From Minisyncoccota bacterium (lineage in GTDB: Bacteria; Patescibacteriota; Minisyncoccia; UBA9983), in assembly GCA_041648395.1 (NCBI GenBank), contig JBAZPC010000004.1, forward strand, positions 1-36,791: a stretch of DNA of 36,791 bases, in the 5' to 3' direction. The translations under genes and the position numbers were made by a program. Positions 25,667 through 33,411 of this stretch are shown here, in pieces. Numbering within the stretch: the first letter of the stretch is position 1; each line of letters starts with the position of its first letter. The notes beneath the pieces are model-generated. The model was not told the DNA's origin. It worked only from the letters and a program-made list of their open reading frames with translations, and ran no database searches.

Positions 25667-25669
25667 AGA

Positions 25670-25698
25670 TTGACTCTTTTTTAGGCATTTGCTAGTAT
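25670..25698 (+). promoter_or_regulatory. Promoter of the rplW-rplX cluster
   Basis: TTGACT-17 nt-TAGTAT with TG extension; small GAAA-loop hairpin at about 25702-25725. Confidence 0.6.
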
Positions 25699-25738
25699 AT
25701 TTAAACGCCCTGAAAGGGGAGTTTTAATTTATAATATG

Positions 25739-26048
25739 CCCCGTAGTAGAATTTCCAATTAATTATGTTCTACAATTATGTTCTCCAAAGCCTTAAAAAT
25801 GGCAATCTATACATAGGTTATACAACAGACCTAAAAAGAAGATTAAAGGAACATAATCAAGGATTAAGCAGGTCAACAAAACCGTATAAGCCATGGAAAT
25901 TGATATATTACGAAGCATGTTTAAATGAAAAAGATGCAAAACGTCGAGAGGGTTATTTAAAAAAGACCCAAGGACAAAGATTAATGAGAAGAAGATTAAA
26001 AGAATATTTTTATCAGCTTAATCCTTAATTGGAAATTTCACTACGGGG
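25739..26048 (+). mobile_element. 310-bp TIR-bounded element carrying a GIY-YIG gene, flanked by TATG duplication
   Basis: TIRs 25739-25762 and 26025-26048 match at 22/24; TATG at 25735-25738 and 26049-26052. Confidence 0.8.
25765..26028 (+). CDS. Small stand-alone GIY-YIG nuclease (#3, 87 aa)
   Basis: FYNYVL...LYIGYT...RRLKEH...REGYLK. Confidence 0.9.
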   Translation: MFYNYVLQSLKNGNLYIGYTTDLKRRLKEHNQGLSRSTKPYKPWKLIYYEACLNEKDAKRREGYLKKTQGQRLMRRRLKEYFYQLNP

Positions 26049-26049
26049 T

Positions 26050-26496
26050 ATGGCCTTACTGGATGTTTTTAAAAAGAAAAAAGAGTCGGAATCGGAAAAA
26101 TTCGCAAGAAAGCATAAAGTCCGCCAGCTGGCGGAAGACGAAGCGAAGAAAAAAGAAAAAACCGAAGATGATTCTAAAGAAAAAAAAGTAGATAAAAAAG
26201 CGGCAAAGAAGGCCGTTGATTTGTCGTCTTCAAAAGTTTTAATCAAACCGCACGTGACGGAAAAGGCGACCTATCTTAACGAAGCGAATGTCCATGTTTT
26301 TAAAATCGCCTCCAATGCCAATAAAATAATGGTGAGACAGGCGGTGAAAAAAATTTACGGGGTCTTGCCGGAAAGGATAAATATTATAAATATCCCGGAT
26401 AAGAAAAAATTCGTGCGCGGGAAACGCGGCGCCAAAGCCGGATACAAAAAGGCCTTAGTTTATTTAAAGAAGGGAGATAAGATAGAAACGGCATAA
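26050..26496 (+). CDS. rplW: 50S ribosomal protein L23 with long charged N-terminal extension
   Basis: LIKPHVTEKA...ANKIMVRQAV...YKKALVYL; ATG 26050. Confidence 0.93.
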   Translation: MALLDVFKKKKESESEKFARKHKVRQLAEDEAKKKEKTEDDSKEKKVDKKAAKKAVDLSSSKVLIKPHVTEKATYLNEANVHVFKIASNANKIMVRQAVKKIYGVLPERINIINIPDKKKFVRGKRGAKAGYKKALVYLKKGDKIETA

Positions 26497-26498
26497 TT

Positions 26499-27329
26499 AT
26501 GAAAAAATACAGTCCGACAACGCCATCAAGAAGACATCTGACCGGAATTTCTTTCCGAGATGTTTTGACTGCCACCAAACCGGAAAAAAGTTTGACGAAA
26601 GGAAGGAAGAGACATGTTGGAAGAAATTCTGCCGGACGCATCACCGTTCGCCACAAAGGAGGCGGAGTGAAGAGAGTGTATCGCGACGTTGATTTTAAAT
26701 ATGAAAAGAAAAATATTCCGGCTGTCGTTAAGACCATAGAGTATGACCCAAACAGATCCGGCTTTATCGCTCTTGTTTTTTACGCGGATGGAGAAAAAAG
26801 ATATATTCTTGCTCCGGGCAAAATGAAAGTCGGAGACAAAATAATGGTTTCTGAAAATGCCGATGTTAAGGCCGGCAACCGCCTGCCGTTGGAAAAAATT
26901 CCGGTTGGCACTTTTGTGTATAATATAGAATTGAAACCGAATGGGGGAGCGAAAATGGGAAGGGCGGCTGGCAATTACGCGGAAGTGGCGGCGCTGGACG
27001 GAGACAAAGCGCTTTTGAAACTTCCTTCGGGGGAGATAAGAACGGTTTTGGGAAAATGCTGGGCGAGCATCGGCCAGGTTTCCAAAGATGAATATAAATT
27101 GATGAATATCGGCAAAGCGGGAAGGTCGCGCTGGCTCGGTATCAGGCCGACAGTCCGCGGTTCCGCCATGAATCCAGTTGACCATCCATACGGAGGAGGC
27201 GAGGGACGGCAGGGACGCGGCACGCGACGCGCGAAGAGCCTTTGGGGCAAGCCAACCGGCGGCCACAAAACAAGGAAGCCGAAAAAATATTCCAACATTT
27301 TTATTGTTAGCAGAAGAAAGAAAAAATAA
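26499..27329 (+). CDS. rplB: 50S ribosomal protein L2
   Basis: GRNSAGRIT, IEYDPNRS, RGSAMNPVDHPYGGGEG. Confidence 0.98.
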   Translation: MKKYSPTTPSRRHLTGISFRDVLTATKPEKSLTKGRKRHVGRNSAGRITVRHKGGGVKRVYRDVDFKYEKKNIPAVVKTIEYDPNRSGFIALVFYADGEKRYILAPGKMKVGDKIMVSENADVKAGNRLPLEKIPVGTFVYNIELKPNGGAKMGRAAGNYAEVAALDGDKALLKLPSGEIRTVLGKCWASIGQVSKDEYKLMNIGKAGRSRWLGIRPTVRGSAMNPVDHPYGGGEGRQGRGTRRAKSLWGKPTGGHKTRKPKKYSNIFIVSRRKKK

Positions 27330-27338
27330 AAAACAATT

Positions 27339-27680
27339 ATGGCGCGCAGTGTAAAAAAGGGTCCGTACATTGACCCAAAATTATTGAAAAAATTGAGCAA
27401 AATAAAATCCGGAGGTGAGGAGATTATTAAGACGTGGTCGCGGGATTCCCAAATTTCTCCGGAAATGGTGGGTTACGCTTTTGGCGTGCATAACGGCAGG
27501 GATTTCATCACGGTAAGAATTTCCGAGGAAATGGTGGGCCATCGTTTGGGAGAATTCAGTTTGACGAGAAAATTCACAAGGCATGGAGGAAAGATGCAGA
27601 AGGAAATTGACACAAAGAAAAAAGAATCGGAAATAACGGCGGCCCAGGCGGCAAAGGCGGCTCCTGCGGCAAAAAAATAA
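27339..27680 (+). CDS. rpsS: 30S ribosomal protein S19
   Basis: [22 protein letters not shown]. Confidence 0.97.
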   Translation: MARSVKKGPYIDPKLLKKLSKIKSGGEEIIKTWSRDSQISPEMVGYAFGVHNGRDFITVRISEEMVGHRLGEFSLTRKFTRHGGKMQKEIDTKKKESEITAAQAAKAAPAAKK

Positions 27681-27686
27681 AATAAC

Positions 27687-28073
27687 ATGGCAGACGTAAC
27701 GGCAAAATTAAAATATCATCATTTGGCGCCCAGAAAGGTGCGTCTGGTTGCCGACTTGGTTCGCGGCAAGAAAGTCGGCGTGGCCATGTCCCAACTTGCT
27801 TTTTCAACAAAGAAGTCAGCCCAAGCCATAGCAAAGCTTTTAAAGTCAGCCGTAAGTAACGCCAAGCATAATTTTAAAATAGATGCTGACAAAAAAGATT
27901 TATATATTAAAGAAATCAGAGTGGACGAAGGACCGCCGATGAAAAGATACAGGACGGCATGGAGAGGAACAACCAAGCCGTTCAAAAGAAGGACAAGCCA
28001 CGTCGTTATTGTTTTGGGAGAAAAAACAGAAACGAAAACAAAAAAAATAAAAAAAATTAAAAAACATGAGTAA
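27687..28073 (+). CDS. rplV: 50S ribosomal protein L22
   Basis: APRKVRLVADLVRG, KSAVSNA, VDEGP, RTSH. Confidence 0.97.
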   Translation: MADVTAKLKYHHLAPRKVRLVADLVRGKKVGVAMSQLAFSTKKSAQAIAKLLKSAVSNAKHNFKIDADKKDLYIKEIRVDEGPPMKRYRTAWRGTTKPFKRRTSHVVIVLGEKTETKTKKIKKIKKHE

Positions 28074-28719
28074 AACAGTTCACCCATATTCATTCAGAAT
28101 AGGAATTTTGCACGGCTGGAAGTCGCGCTGGTTTAATTTGAAAAATTACAGGCACCTTTTAAGAGCGGACGTGCTTATTCGCGAATGGCTGGAAAAACGT
28201 CTGCGGGGAATGTACATTGAAAGCATTGACATAGAAAGATCGCCGGTTCTTTTTCATCTCATTATCAAGACATCAAGGCCCGGACTTCTTATTGGAAGAA
28301 AAGGCGAGGGAACGGAAAAATTGAAGGACGAAATAAAAAAGAAAATACTGAAGCTTAAAATTGAAATGCCGCAGGAACTCAAACTCACCGTGGAGGAAGT
28401 CCGTTCGCCGGAAACCCACGCCAAGATTGTGTGCCAAATGATAGCAGAGAACTTGGAAAAACGGCTTCCTTTCAAAAGAGTGATGAAGCAGACGATGGAA
28501 AAAATGCTGGCAAACAAAGAGGTGAAGGGAGCGAGAATCGTTCTTTCCGGCCGGCTGGGTGGATCGGACATGAGCCGATTGGAGAGTTTAAAAAAGGGAA
28601 GAATCCCCCTTCAAACGCTTCGGGTGGATATTGATTTCGCGAAAGAAAGGGCGCATTTGCCGTACGGCGATATCGGCATAAAGGTTTGGATTTGCAAGGG
28701 AGAAAAGTTTAAGAGCTAA
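28066..28719 (+). CDS. rpsC: 30S ribosomal protein S3
   Basis: HPYSFRIG, RPGLLIGRKG, GRIPLQTLRVDID. Confidence 0.97.
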   Translation: MSKTVHPYSFRIGILHGWKSRWFNLKNYRHLLRADVLIREWLEKRLRGMYIESIDIERSPVLFHLIIKTSRPGLLIGRKGEGTEKLKDEIKKKILKLKIEMPQELKLTVEEVRSPETHAKIVCQMIAENLEKRLPFKRVMKQTMEKMLANKEVKGARIVLSGRLGGSDMSRLESLKKGRIPLQTLRVDIDFAKERAHLPYGDIGIKVWICKGEKFKS

Positions 28720-28743
28720 TGAAGCTGAAAGCTAAAAGCTAAA
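28716..28743 (+). repeat. 28-bp AAAGCT-periodic repeat, copy 1 (rpsC/rplP junction)
   Basis: CTAATGAAGCTGAAAGCTAAAAGCTAAA; 27/28 identical to 29397-29424. Confidence 0.8.
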
Positions 28744-28746
28744 CAC

Positions 28747-29163
28747 ATGTTGTTTCCAAAAAAAGTAAAATTTAGAAAAATGCAAAGGGGAAGAATAAAC
28801 CCGAAGAAAAAACAGCTGGCGTCGCGCGGCGCGACTTTGTCGTACGGTTCTTTTGGGCTTAAGGCGGAAGAGCCGAAATGGATCAAGTCAAATCAGATAG
28901 AGGCGGCCAGAAAAGCGATGGCGAAATTTTTTCAGAAAAGCGGAAAAATTTGGATAAGAATTTTTCCGGATAAAGCTATTACAGCCAAACCGCCAGAGGT
29001 CGGCATGGGAAAAGGCAAAGGAGACCTCACCGGCTATGTGGCAATAGTAAAATCTGGCACGATTATTTTTGAAGTGGACGGCATTGAGGAGGCGAACGCG
29101 AGAGAAGCGTTGCGAAAGGCGGGAACAAAACTGCCGTTAAAAACAAGAATTATAAGCAGATAA
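28747..29163 (+). CDS. rplP: 50S ribosomal protein L16
   Basis: [30 protein letters not shown]. Confidence 0.98.
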   Translation: MLFPKKVKFRKMQRGRINPKKKQLASRGATLSYGSFGLKAEEPKWIKSNQIEAARKAMAKFFQKSGKIWIRIFPDKAITAKPPEVGMGKGKGDLTGYVAIVKSGTIIFEVDGIEEANAREALRKAGTKLPLKTRIISR

Positions 29164-29167
29164 AAAT

Positions 29168-29416
29168 ATGTCAAAGAAAAAATTAAAAGGCGCAATCGTT
29201 TCAGACGCAATGGACAAGACCGTTGTGGTTGTTGTTAATCGCTTCAAAAAACATCCGAAATATCAAAAATACATGAAAGTAAGCAAAAAATACAAAGCGC
29301 ACGATGAAAAGAACGAATATAAAAAAGGAGAGGTTGTGATTATTGAAGAGTGCCAGCCGATATCAAAAGACAAAAGGTTCAAAGTTATTGGTAAAACTAA
29401 TGAAGCTAAAAGCTAA
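29168..29416 (+). CDS. rpsQ: 30S ribosomal protein S17
   Basis: MDKTVVV, HPKY, KAHDE, PISKDK. Confidence 0.97.
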   Translation: MSKKKLKGAIVSDAMDKTVVVVVNRFKKHPKYQKYMKVSKKYKAHDEKNEYKKGEVVIIEECQPISKDKRFKVIGKTNEAKS

Positions 29417-29424
29417 AAGCTAAA
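29397..29424 (+). repeat. 28-bp AAAGCT-periodic repeat, copy 2 (rpsQ/rplN junction)
   Basis: CTAATGAAGCTAAAAGCTAAAAGCTAAA. Confidence 0.8.
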
Positions 29425-29427
29425 AAT

Positions 29428-29799
29428 ATGATTCAGTCAAAAACAATGTTAAATGTGGCGGATAACACGGGGGCGACACTGGTCCAAGTTTTTAAGGTTT
29501 TGGGCAGCACTAGAAAAAGATACGCCCAATTGGGAGACGTGGTGGTTGTTTCCGTCAAAGTTGCTGAGCCGAGAAAGATGGTGAAGAAAAAAGATATTCT
29601 TCGCGCTTTAATAGTGAGGCAAAAACAGCCGTTCCGAAGAAAAGACGGCTCTTACATTCGCTTTGACGAAAACGCGGCGGTGATTGTGGACGACAAAAAG
29701 AAAGAACCGAAGGGCGGAAGAATTTTCGGGCCCATCGCGCGCGAAATTCAAGAAAAGGGATATGCGAAAATAATTTCATTGGCGCCGGAAGTTGTTTAG
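29428..29799 (+). CDS. rplN: 50S ribosomal protein L14
   Basis: MIQ...VADNTGA, IRFDENAAV, RIFGP, SLAPEV. Confidence 0.98.
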   Translation: MIQSKTMLNVADNTGATLVQVFKVLGSTRKRYAQLGDVVVVSVKVAEPRKMVKKKDILRALIVRQKQPFRRKDGSYIRFDENAAVIVDDKKKEPKGGRIFGPIAREIQEKGYAKIISLAPEVV

Positions 29800-29805
29800 A
29801 AAAAT

Positions 29806-30114
29806 ATGTATATTAAGAAAAATGACACAGTTAAAATAATTTCGGGAAAAGATAAGGGTAAGACCGGCAAGGTTACCCATGTTCTTGTTGGGGAAAATAA
29901 AATTGTGGTTGAAGGAGTCAACATCCATAAAAAACATTCCAAGCCGAAAAAGCAGGGGCAGAAGGGTCAGATAATCCAGATGCCGAAGCCGATAAGCGCT
30001 TCCACGGCGATGGTGGTTTGTTCTTCCTGCAACAAGCCGGCGCGGCTCGGCAGAAAAACCGTGGGCACCAAAAAATTCCGCGTCTGCAAAAAATGCGGAG
30101 CAGAGATGGAGTAA
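29806..30114 (+). CDS. rplX: 50S ribosomal protein L24
   Basis: IKKNDTVKIISGKDKGKTG, VEGVN. Confidence 0.97.
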   Translation: MYIKKNDTVKIISGKDKGKTGKVTHVLVGENKIVVEGVNIHKKHSKPKKQGQKGQIIQMPKPISASTAMVVCSSCNKPARLGRKTVGTKKFRVCKKCGAEME

Positions 30115-30239
30115 AAAATGTGGATAACTTTGCTATATAAAAAAACGATTAATGGTAATTTTAAATATGTGAACTGGAGTTGATACTATTTATGATTTGA
30201 AACCATAAAGGTCGTTTCATAAAAAAAATTAAATAAAAA

Positions 30240-30443
30240 ATGGCAAATATTTTAAAAAAAGCTTCCGTGGTTATCCTTGTTATATCAGTTGTCCTTATGA
30301 CTTTTCTGGCAATCCTGTCTATATGGGATTTTTTGCAAAAGGATGTATTGCAAAAATCATTAACCACCATAGGCGTAGTTGGTTTTGCTGCGCTCGTTGT
30401 TTTACTTGCGGCAAAATATGTTGAGGACAAAAATTTAAACTAA
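30240..30443 (+). CDS. Small membrane protein (2 TM), 67 aa
   Basis: Two hydrophobic stretches; followed by a terminator. Confidence 0.7.
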   Translation: MANILKKASVVILVISVVLMTFLAILSIWDFLQKDVLQKSLTTIGVVGFAALVVLLAAKYVEDKNLN

Positions 30444-30457
30444 AGTATTTTCCTTAA

Positions 30458-30502
30458 AAAAACCAAAAGAACCGACATCGTAAGTCGGTTCTTTTGGTTT
30501 TT
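30458..30502. terminator. Strong bidirectional terminator
   Basis: 19-bp perfect stem AAAAACCAAAAGAACCGAC-atcgtaa-GTCGGTTCTTTTGGTTTTT between convergent genes. Confidence 0.85.
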
Positions 30503-30624
30503 ACTCAAAAATATATTAGTCAAATTACGCATATGCGGGAAATGGCTAACTTCGGTTTTTAAACGCCATAAAATCTTACCACTTACAAGCGATCGCTGGC
30601 CAATGGTAAGATTTTAAAACTATT

Positions 30625-32718
30625 TTACTCAAAGTGAATAATTTTGTCTTGGTTTTTTAGCCGCTCGGCGATGAGCGGGTATTTTTTTAGTTCGGGGTCG
30701 GTGGCGATTATTTTTTGCGCCTCTAGGCGCGCCGCTTCTACCATTTTTATATTTTTCAGCGCCTCCATGCCGATGTCGGAAACGCCCCATTGTTTCGCTC
30801 CGCCGAGTTCGCCGGTGCCGCGGAATTGCAAATCGTATTCTGCTAATTCAAAACCACTCTTAGCACTAACTAAAGCCCTTAGCCGTTCCGAAGTTTTTTG
30901 GGAAGACGAATCAGTAAAAACAAAACAATACGACTGATGCGTGCTGCGCATCACGCGTCCGCGCAATTGGTGCAGTTGCGCCAAGCCGAAACGCTCCGCG
31001 CCTTCAATCACAATCATGGTGGCGTTGGGCACGTCAATGCCGACTTCTATGACGGAAGTGGAAACAAGAATTTGAATTTCATTATTTCTGAACTCATGCA
31101 AAATCCTTTCCTTTTCTTTTGGGAGCATCCTGCCGTGCAGGACGGCGATTTCAAATTCCGGAAATACTTCTTTTTGCAAGCGTTTCGCCTCGTCTGTCAC
31201 ATTTTTCGTCTCTATTTTTCCCGTTTCAATGAGCGGGCAGATGACATACGCCTGCCGGCCGTTGTTTATTTCTTCTCTAATTTTTTCGTACGCTCTTTCG
31301 CGATGCTCGGGGTCAATTATTTCGGTAATTATTTTCTGTCTGCCGGCCGGCATCTCGTCCAAAAGAGACAAATCCAAATCGCTGTAAAGAGTGAGCGCCA
31401 AAGTGCGGGGGATGGGCGTGGCAGTCATAGAAAGCAAGTGCGGAATTTTTTCCGATTTATCTTTTGCTAAAACGGCCCTTTGACGGGTGCCGAAGCGATG
31501 CTGTTCGTCAATAATGACAAGGGATAAATTTTTAAACTTCACGCTTTTTTGAATAAGCGAATGCGTGCCGATTAAAATCGGGATTTCGCCGTTGGCGACC
31601 CATTTCAATAATTGCGCGCGGGAAATATGCGTCGCGTCATTTAAATTTATCTTTGACGGAAATTTTTTGCATTCAGAAGAGGTGATGAGCCCGATTTTTG
31701 TCGTTAATCGCAATTGGGAAAAATAATTTATGAACGACTTGAAATGCTGTTGGGCGAGAATTTCCGTCGGCGCCATGTAGGCGACCTGATAGCCGTTTTT
31801 CACGGCGGCGTATGAGGCGACCACTGCCACTGCCGTCTTGCCGGAACCAACATCGCCTTCCAGCAGGCGCGACATGGCGGATGTTTTTCCAAAATCGCCG
31901 ATAATATGTCCGATTGATTTTTTTTGCGCCGACGTGAGTTCAAAAGGAAAAATGGAAATAAAATCTTTCAGTTCTTTTTCGCTGATATCCATCTTGAATG
32001 AGCGATGCTGGTCGTGCTCTCTGCGTTCCTTCATTCTCGCCAGCTGGATGAAAAATATTTCCTCAAAACTGAAACGCTTCCGCGCCGTTTCGGCATCGCC
32101 CAGTTTCTGCGGCGTATGGATGAAAATCAAGGCGGACTTAAGGGAAGGCAAATGATATTTTTTCAGAATTTCTTCATAAATCGGGTCAGCCGGAAATTGT
32201 TCCAAATTTTGCAAAATTTTTCTAATCGCGAATCTCATCCAGCGTGAGGTGACGCCGCGCGTTTCCGGATAGATGGCCAGAATTTCCGAACCTTCGCCGA
32301 GCGCCTCATAGGAAGAAATTTTTTCATAAGACGGGTTGGCGATATAAAGGCCGGATTTTCCTCTGGTGATTTTTCCAGTGAGCGCCACTTTGTCGCCCTC
32401 TTTCAGGATGTTGGCAATGTACGGCTGGCTGAACCAGACGGCGCTGATGGTGCCGGTCATGTCGCTTACCACCGCGCTGGCCATGGCTACTCGCCGTTTC
32501 CACGACTTGTTCATTTTAAGATTGGAAATTTTTCCGTAGACGGTAGTTTTGTCGCCCTCTTTTAAGTTAGCGATGTTTTTTCTTTCCGAAAATGACTCAT
32601 GCCGCGAGGGAAAATAAAAAAGCAAATCGCGCAGATTTTTCAACCCCAATTTTTTCAAGGCCTTCCTTTGTCCGTCCACAAGCCGAAAATTTTCCTCAAT
32701 AGGAGAATTGAGTGTCAT
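30625..32718 (-). CDS. recG: ATP-dependent DNA helicase RecG
   Basis: GDVGSGKT, APTEILA, DEQHRFG, TATPIPR, QLRGRV; ATG 32718 (the ORF-track start lies inside the tRNA). Confidence 0.97.
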   Translation of the reverse strand: MTLNSPIEENFRLVDGQRKALKKLGLKNLRDLLFYFPSRHESFSERKNIANLKEGDKTTVYGKISNLKMNKSWKRRVAMASAVVSDMTGTISAVWFSQPYIANILKEGDKVALTGKITRGKSGLYIANPSYEKISSYEALGEGSEILAIYPETRGVTSRWMRFAIRKILQNLEQFPADPIYEEILKKYHLPSLKSALIFIHTPQKLGDAETARKRFSFEEIFFIQLARMKERREHDQHRSFKMDISEKELKDFISIFPFELTSAQKKSIGHIIGDFGKTSAMSRLLEGDVGSGKTAVAVVASYAAVKNGYQVAYMAPTEILAQQHFKSFINYFSQLRLTTKIGLITSSECKKFPSKINLNDATHISRAQLLKWVANGEIPILIGTHSLIQKSVKFKNLSLVIIDEQHRFGTRQRAVLAKDKSEKIPHLLSMTATPIPRTLALTLYSDLDLSLLDEMPAGRQKIITEIIDPEHRERAYEKIREEINNGRQAYVICPLIETGKIETKNVTDEAKRLQKEVFPEFEIAVLHGRMLPKEKERILHEFRNNEIQILVSTSVIEVGIDVPNATMIVIEGAERFGLAQLHQLRGRVMRSTHQSYCFVFTDSSSQKTSERLRALVSAKSGFELAEYDLQFRGTGELGGAKQWGVSDIGMEALKNIKMVEAARLEAQKIIATDPELKKYPLIAERLKNQDKIIHFE

Positions 32719-32720
32719 TT

Positions 32721-32807
32721 CGGAGAGGGTGGGATTCGAACCCACGAACCAGTTTCCCGGTTAACACCTTAGCACGGTGCCGCTTTCGGCCGCTCAGCCA
32801 CCTCTCC
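32721..32807 (-). tRNA. tRNA-Ser(GCU), CCA not encoded
   Basis: GGAGAGG/CCTCTCC acceptor, long variable arm, anticodon loop GT-GCT-AA, discriminator G. Confidence 0.9.
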
Positions 32808-32876
32808 AACAGGTTTTTATTTTAACACAATCGTAGGCATGAGACAATCAAAATTTGTTTGTGATATTGTAATATT

Positions 32877-33269
32877 ATGAAAAAATTAAGCCATGCGGAG
32901 TTTGAGAAAATTGTGGCGGAAGGAATTGAAGCGATTCCGGAAAAGTTTTTGCAAAAATTGGATAATGTGGCCATCGTTATTGAAGACGAGCCGACGCCGG
33001 AGCAAAAAAAGAAACTGGACATCCGCCGCGACTGGGCGCTCCTCGGCCTTTACGAAGGCATTCCGCAGGCGGTCCGGGAAACAAATTACAGCGCGGTGCT
33101 TCCCGACAAAATAACCATTTTCCAAAAGCCGATTGAAGAAGAAGCCAACGATGAAGAAGACATTAAAGAAATTGTAAAAAATACCGTCTGGCACGAAATC
33201 GCCCACCATTTCGGGATGAGCGAAGCCCGAGTGCGCCAAGCCGAAGCCAAAAGAAAGAAAATCTCTTAA
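32877..33269 (+). CDS. Minimal zincin-like metallopeptidase (DUF1025-like)
   Basis: LLGLYEG, PDKITIF, HEIAHHFG. Confidence 0.85.
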   Translation: MKKLSHAEFEKIVAEGIEAIPEKFLQKLDNVAIVIEDEPTPEQKKKLDIRRDWALLGLYEGIPQAVRETNYSAVLPDKITIFQKPIEEEANDEEDIKEIVKNTVWHEIAHHFGMSEARVRQAEAKRKKIS

Positions 33270-33356
33270 TTTCACGCCGGAAATAGTGGAAATAATATTG
33301 AAATAATCATAAAATAAAACAAATGGGGTAGAAACAAGAAGCCCAAGGTTGTAAAA

Positions 33357-33400
33357 ATCGTATCAATTTGATACGATAAAAATAATTAAATGATACGATA
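33357..33400. promoter_or_regulatory. Operator-like repeat upstream of Fic gene
   Basis: ATCGTATCA-att-TGATACGAT (33357-33377) plus a third half-site TGATACGATA at 33391-33400. Confidence 0.65.
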
Positions 33401-33411
33401 ACCGCAAGCAC

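Noticed and set aside
26526-27266. 246-aa antisense ORF; likewise 1715-2302, 2746-3306, 15326-15886, 30898-31470
   Set aside because: Shadow frames opposite well-conserved genes (rplB, recJ, GH1, ATPase, recG), with no motifs or initiation signals.
19614-30127. Replication origin from DnaA boxes
   Set aside because: The boxes are kilobases apart, with no cluster, no unwinding element and no dnaA/dnaN context.
6936-30596. HIP1-like GCGATCGC enrichment (6936, 25080, 30589)
   Set aside because: Only three copies noticed in 36.8 kb, too few to call enrichment without a genome-wide count.
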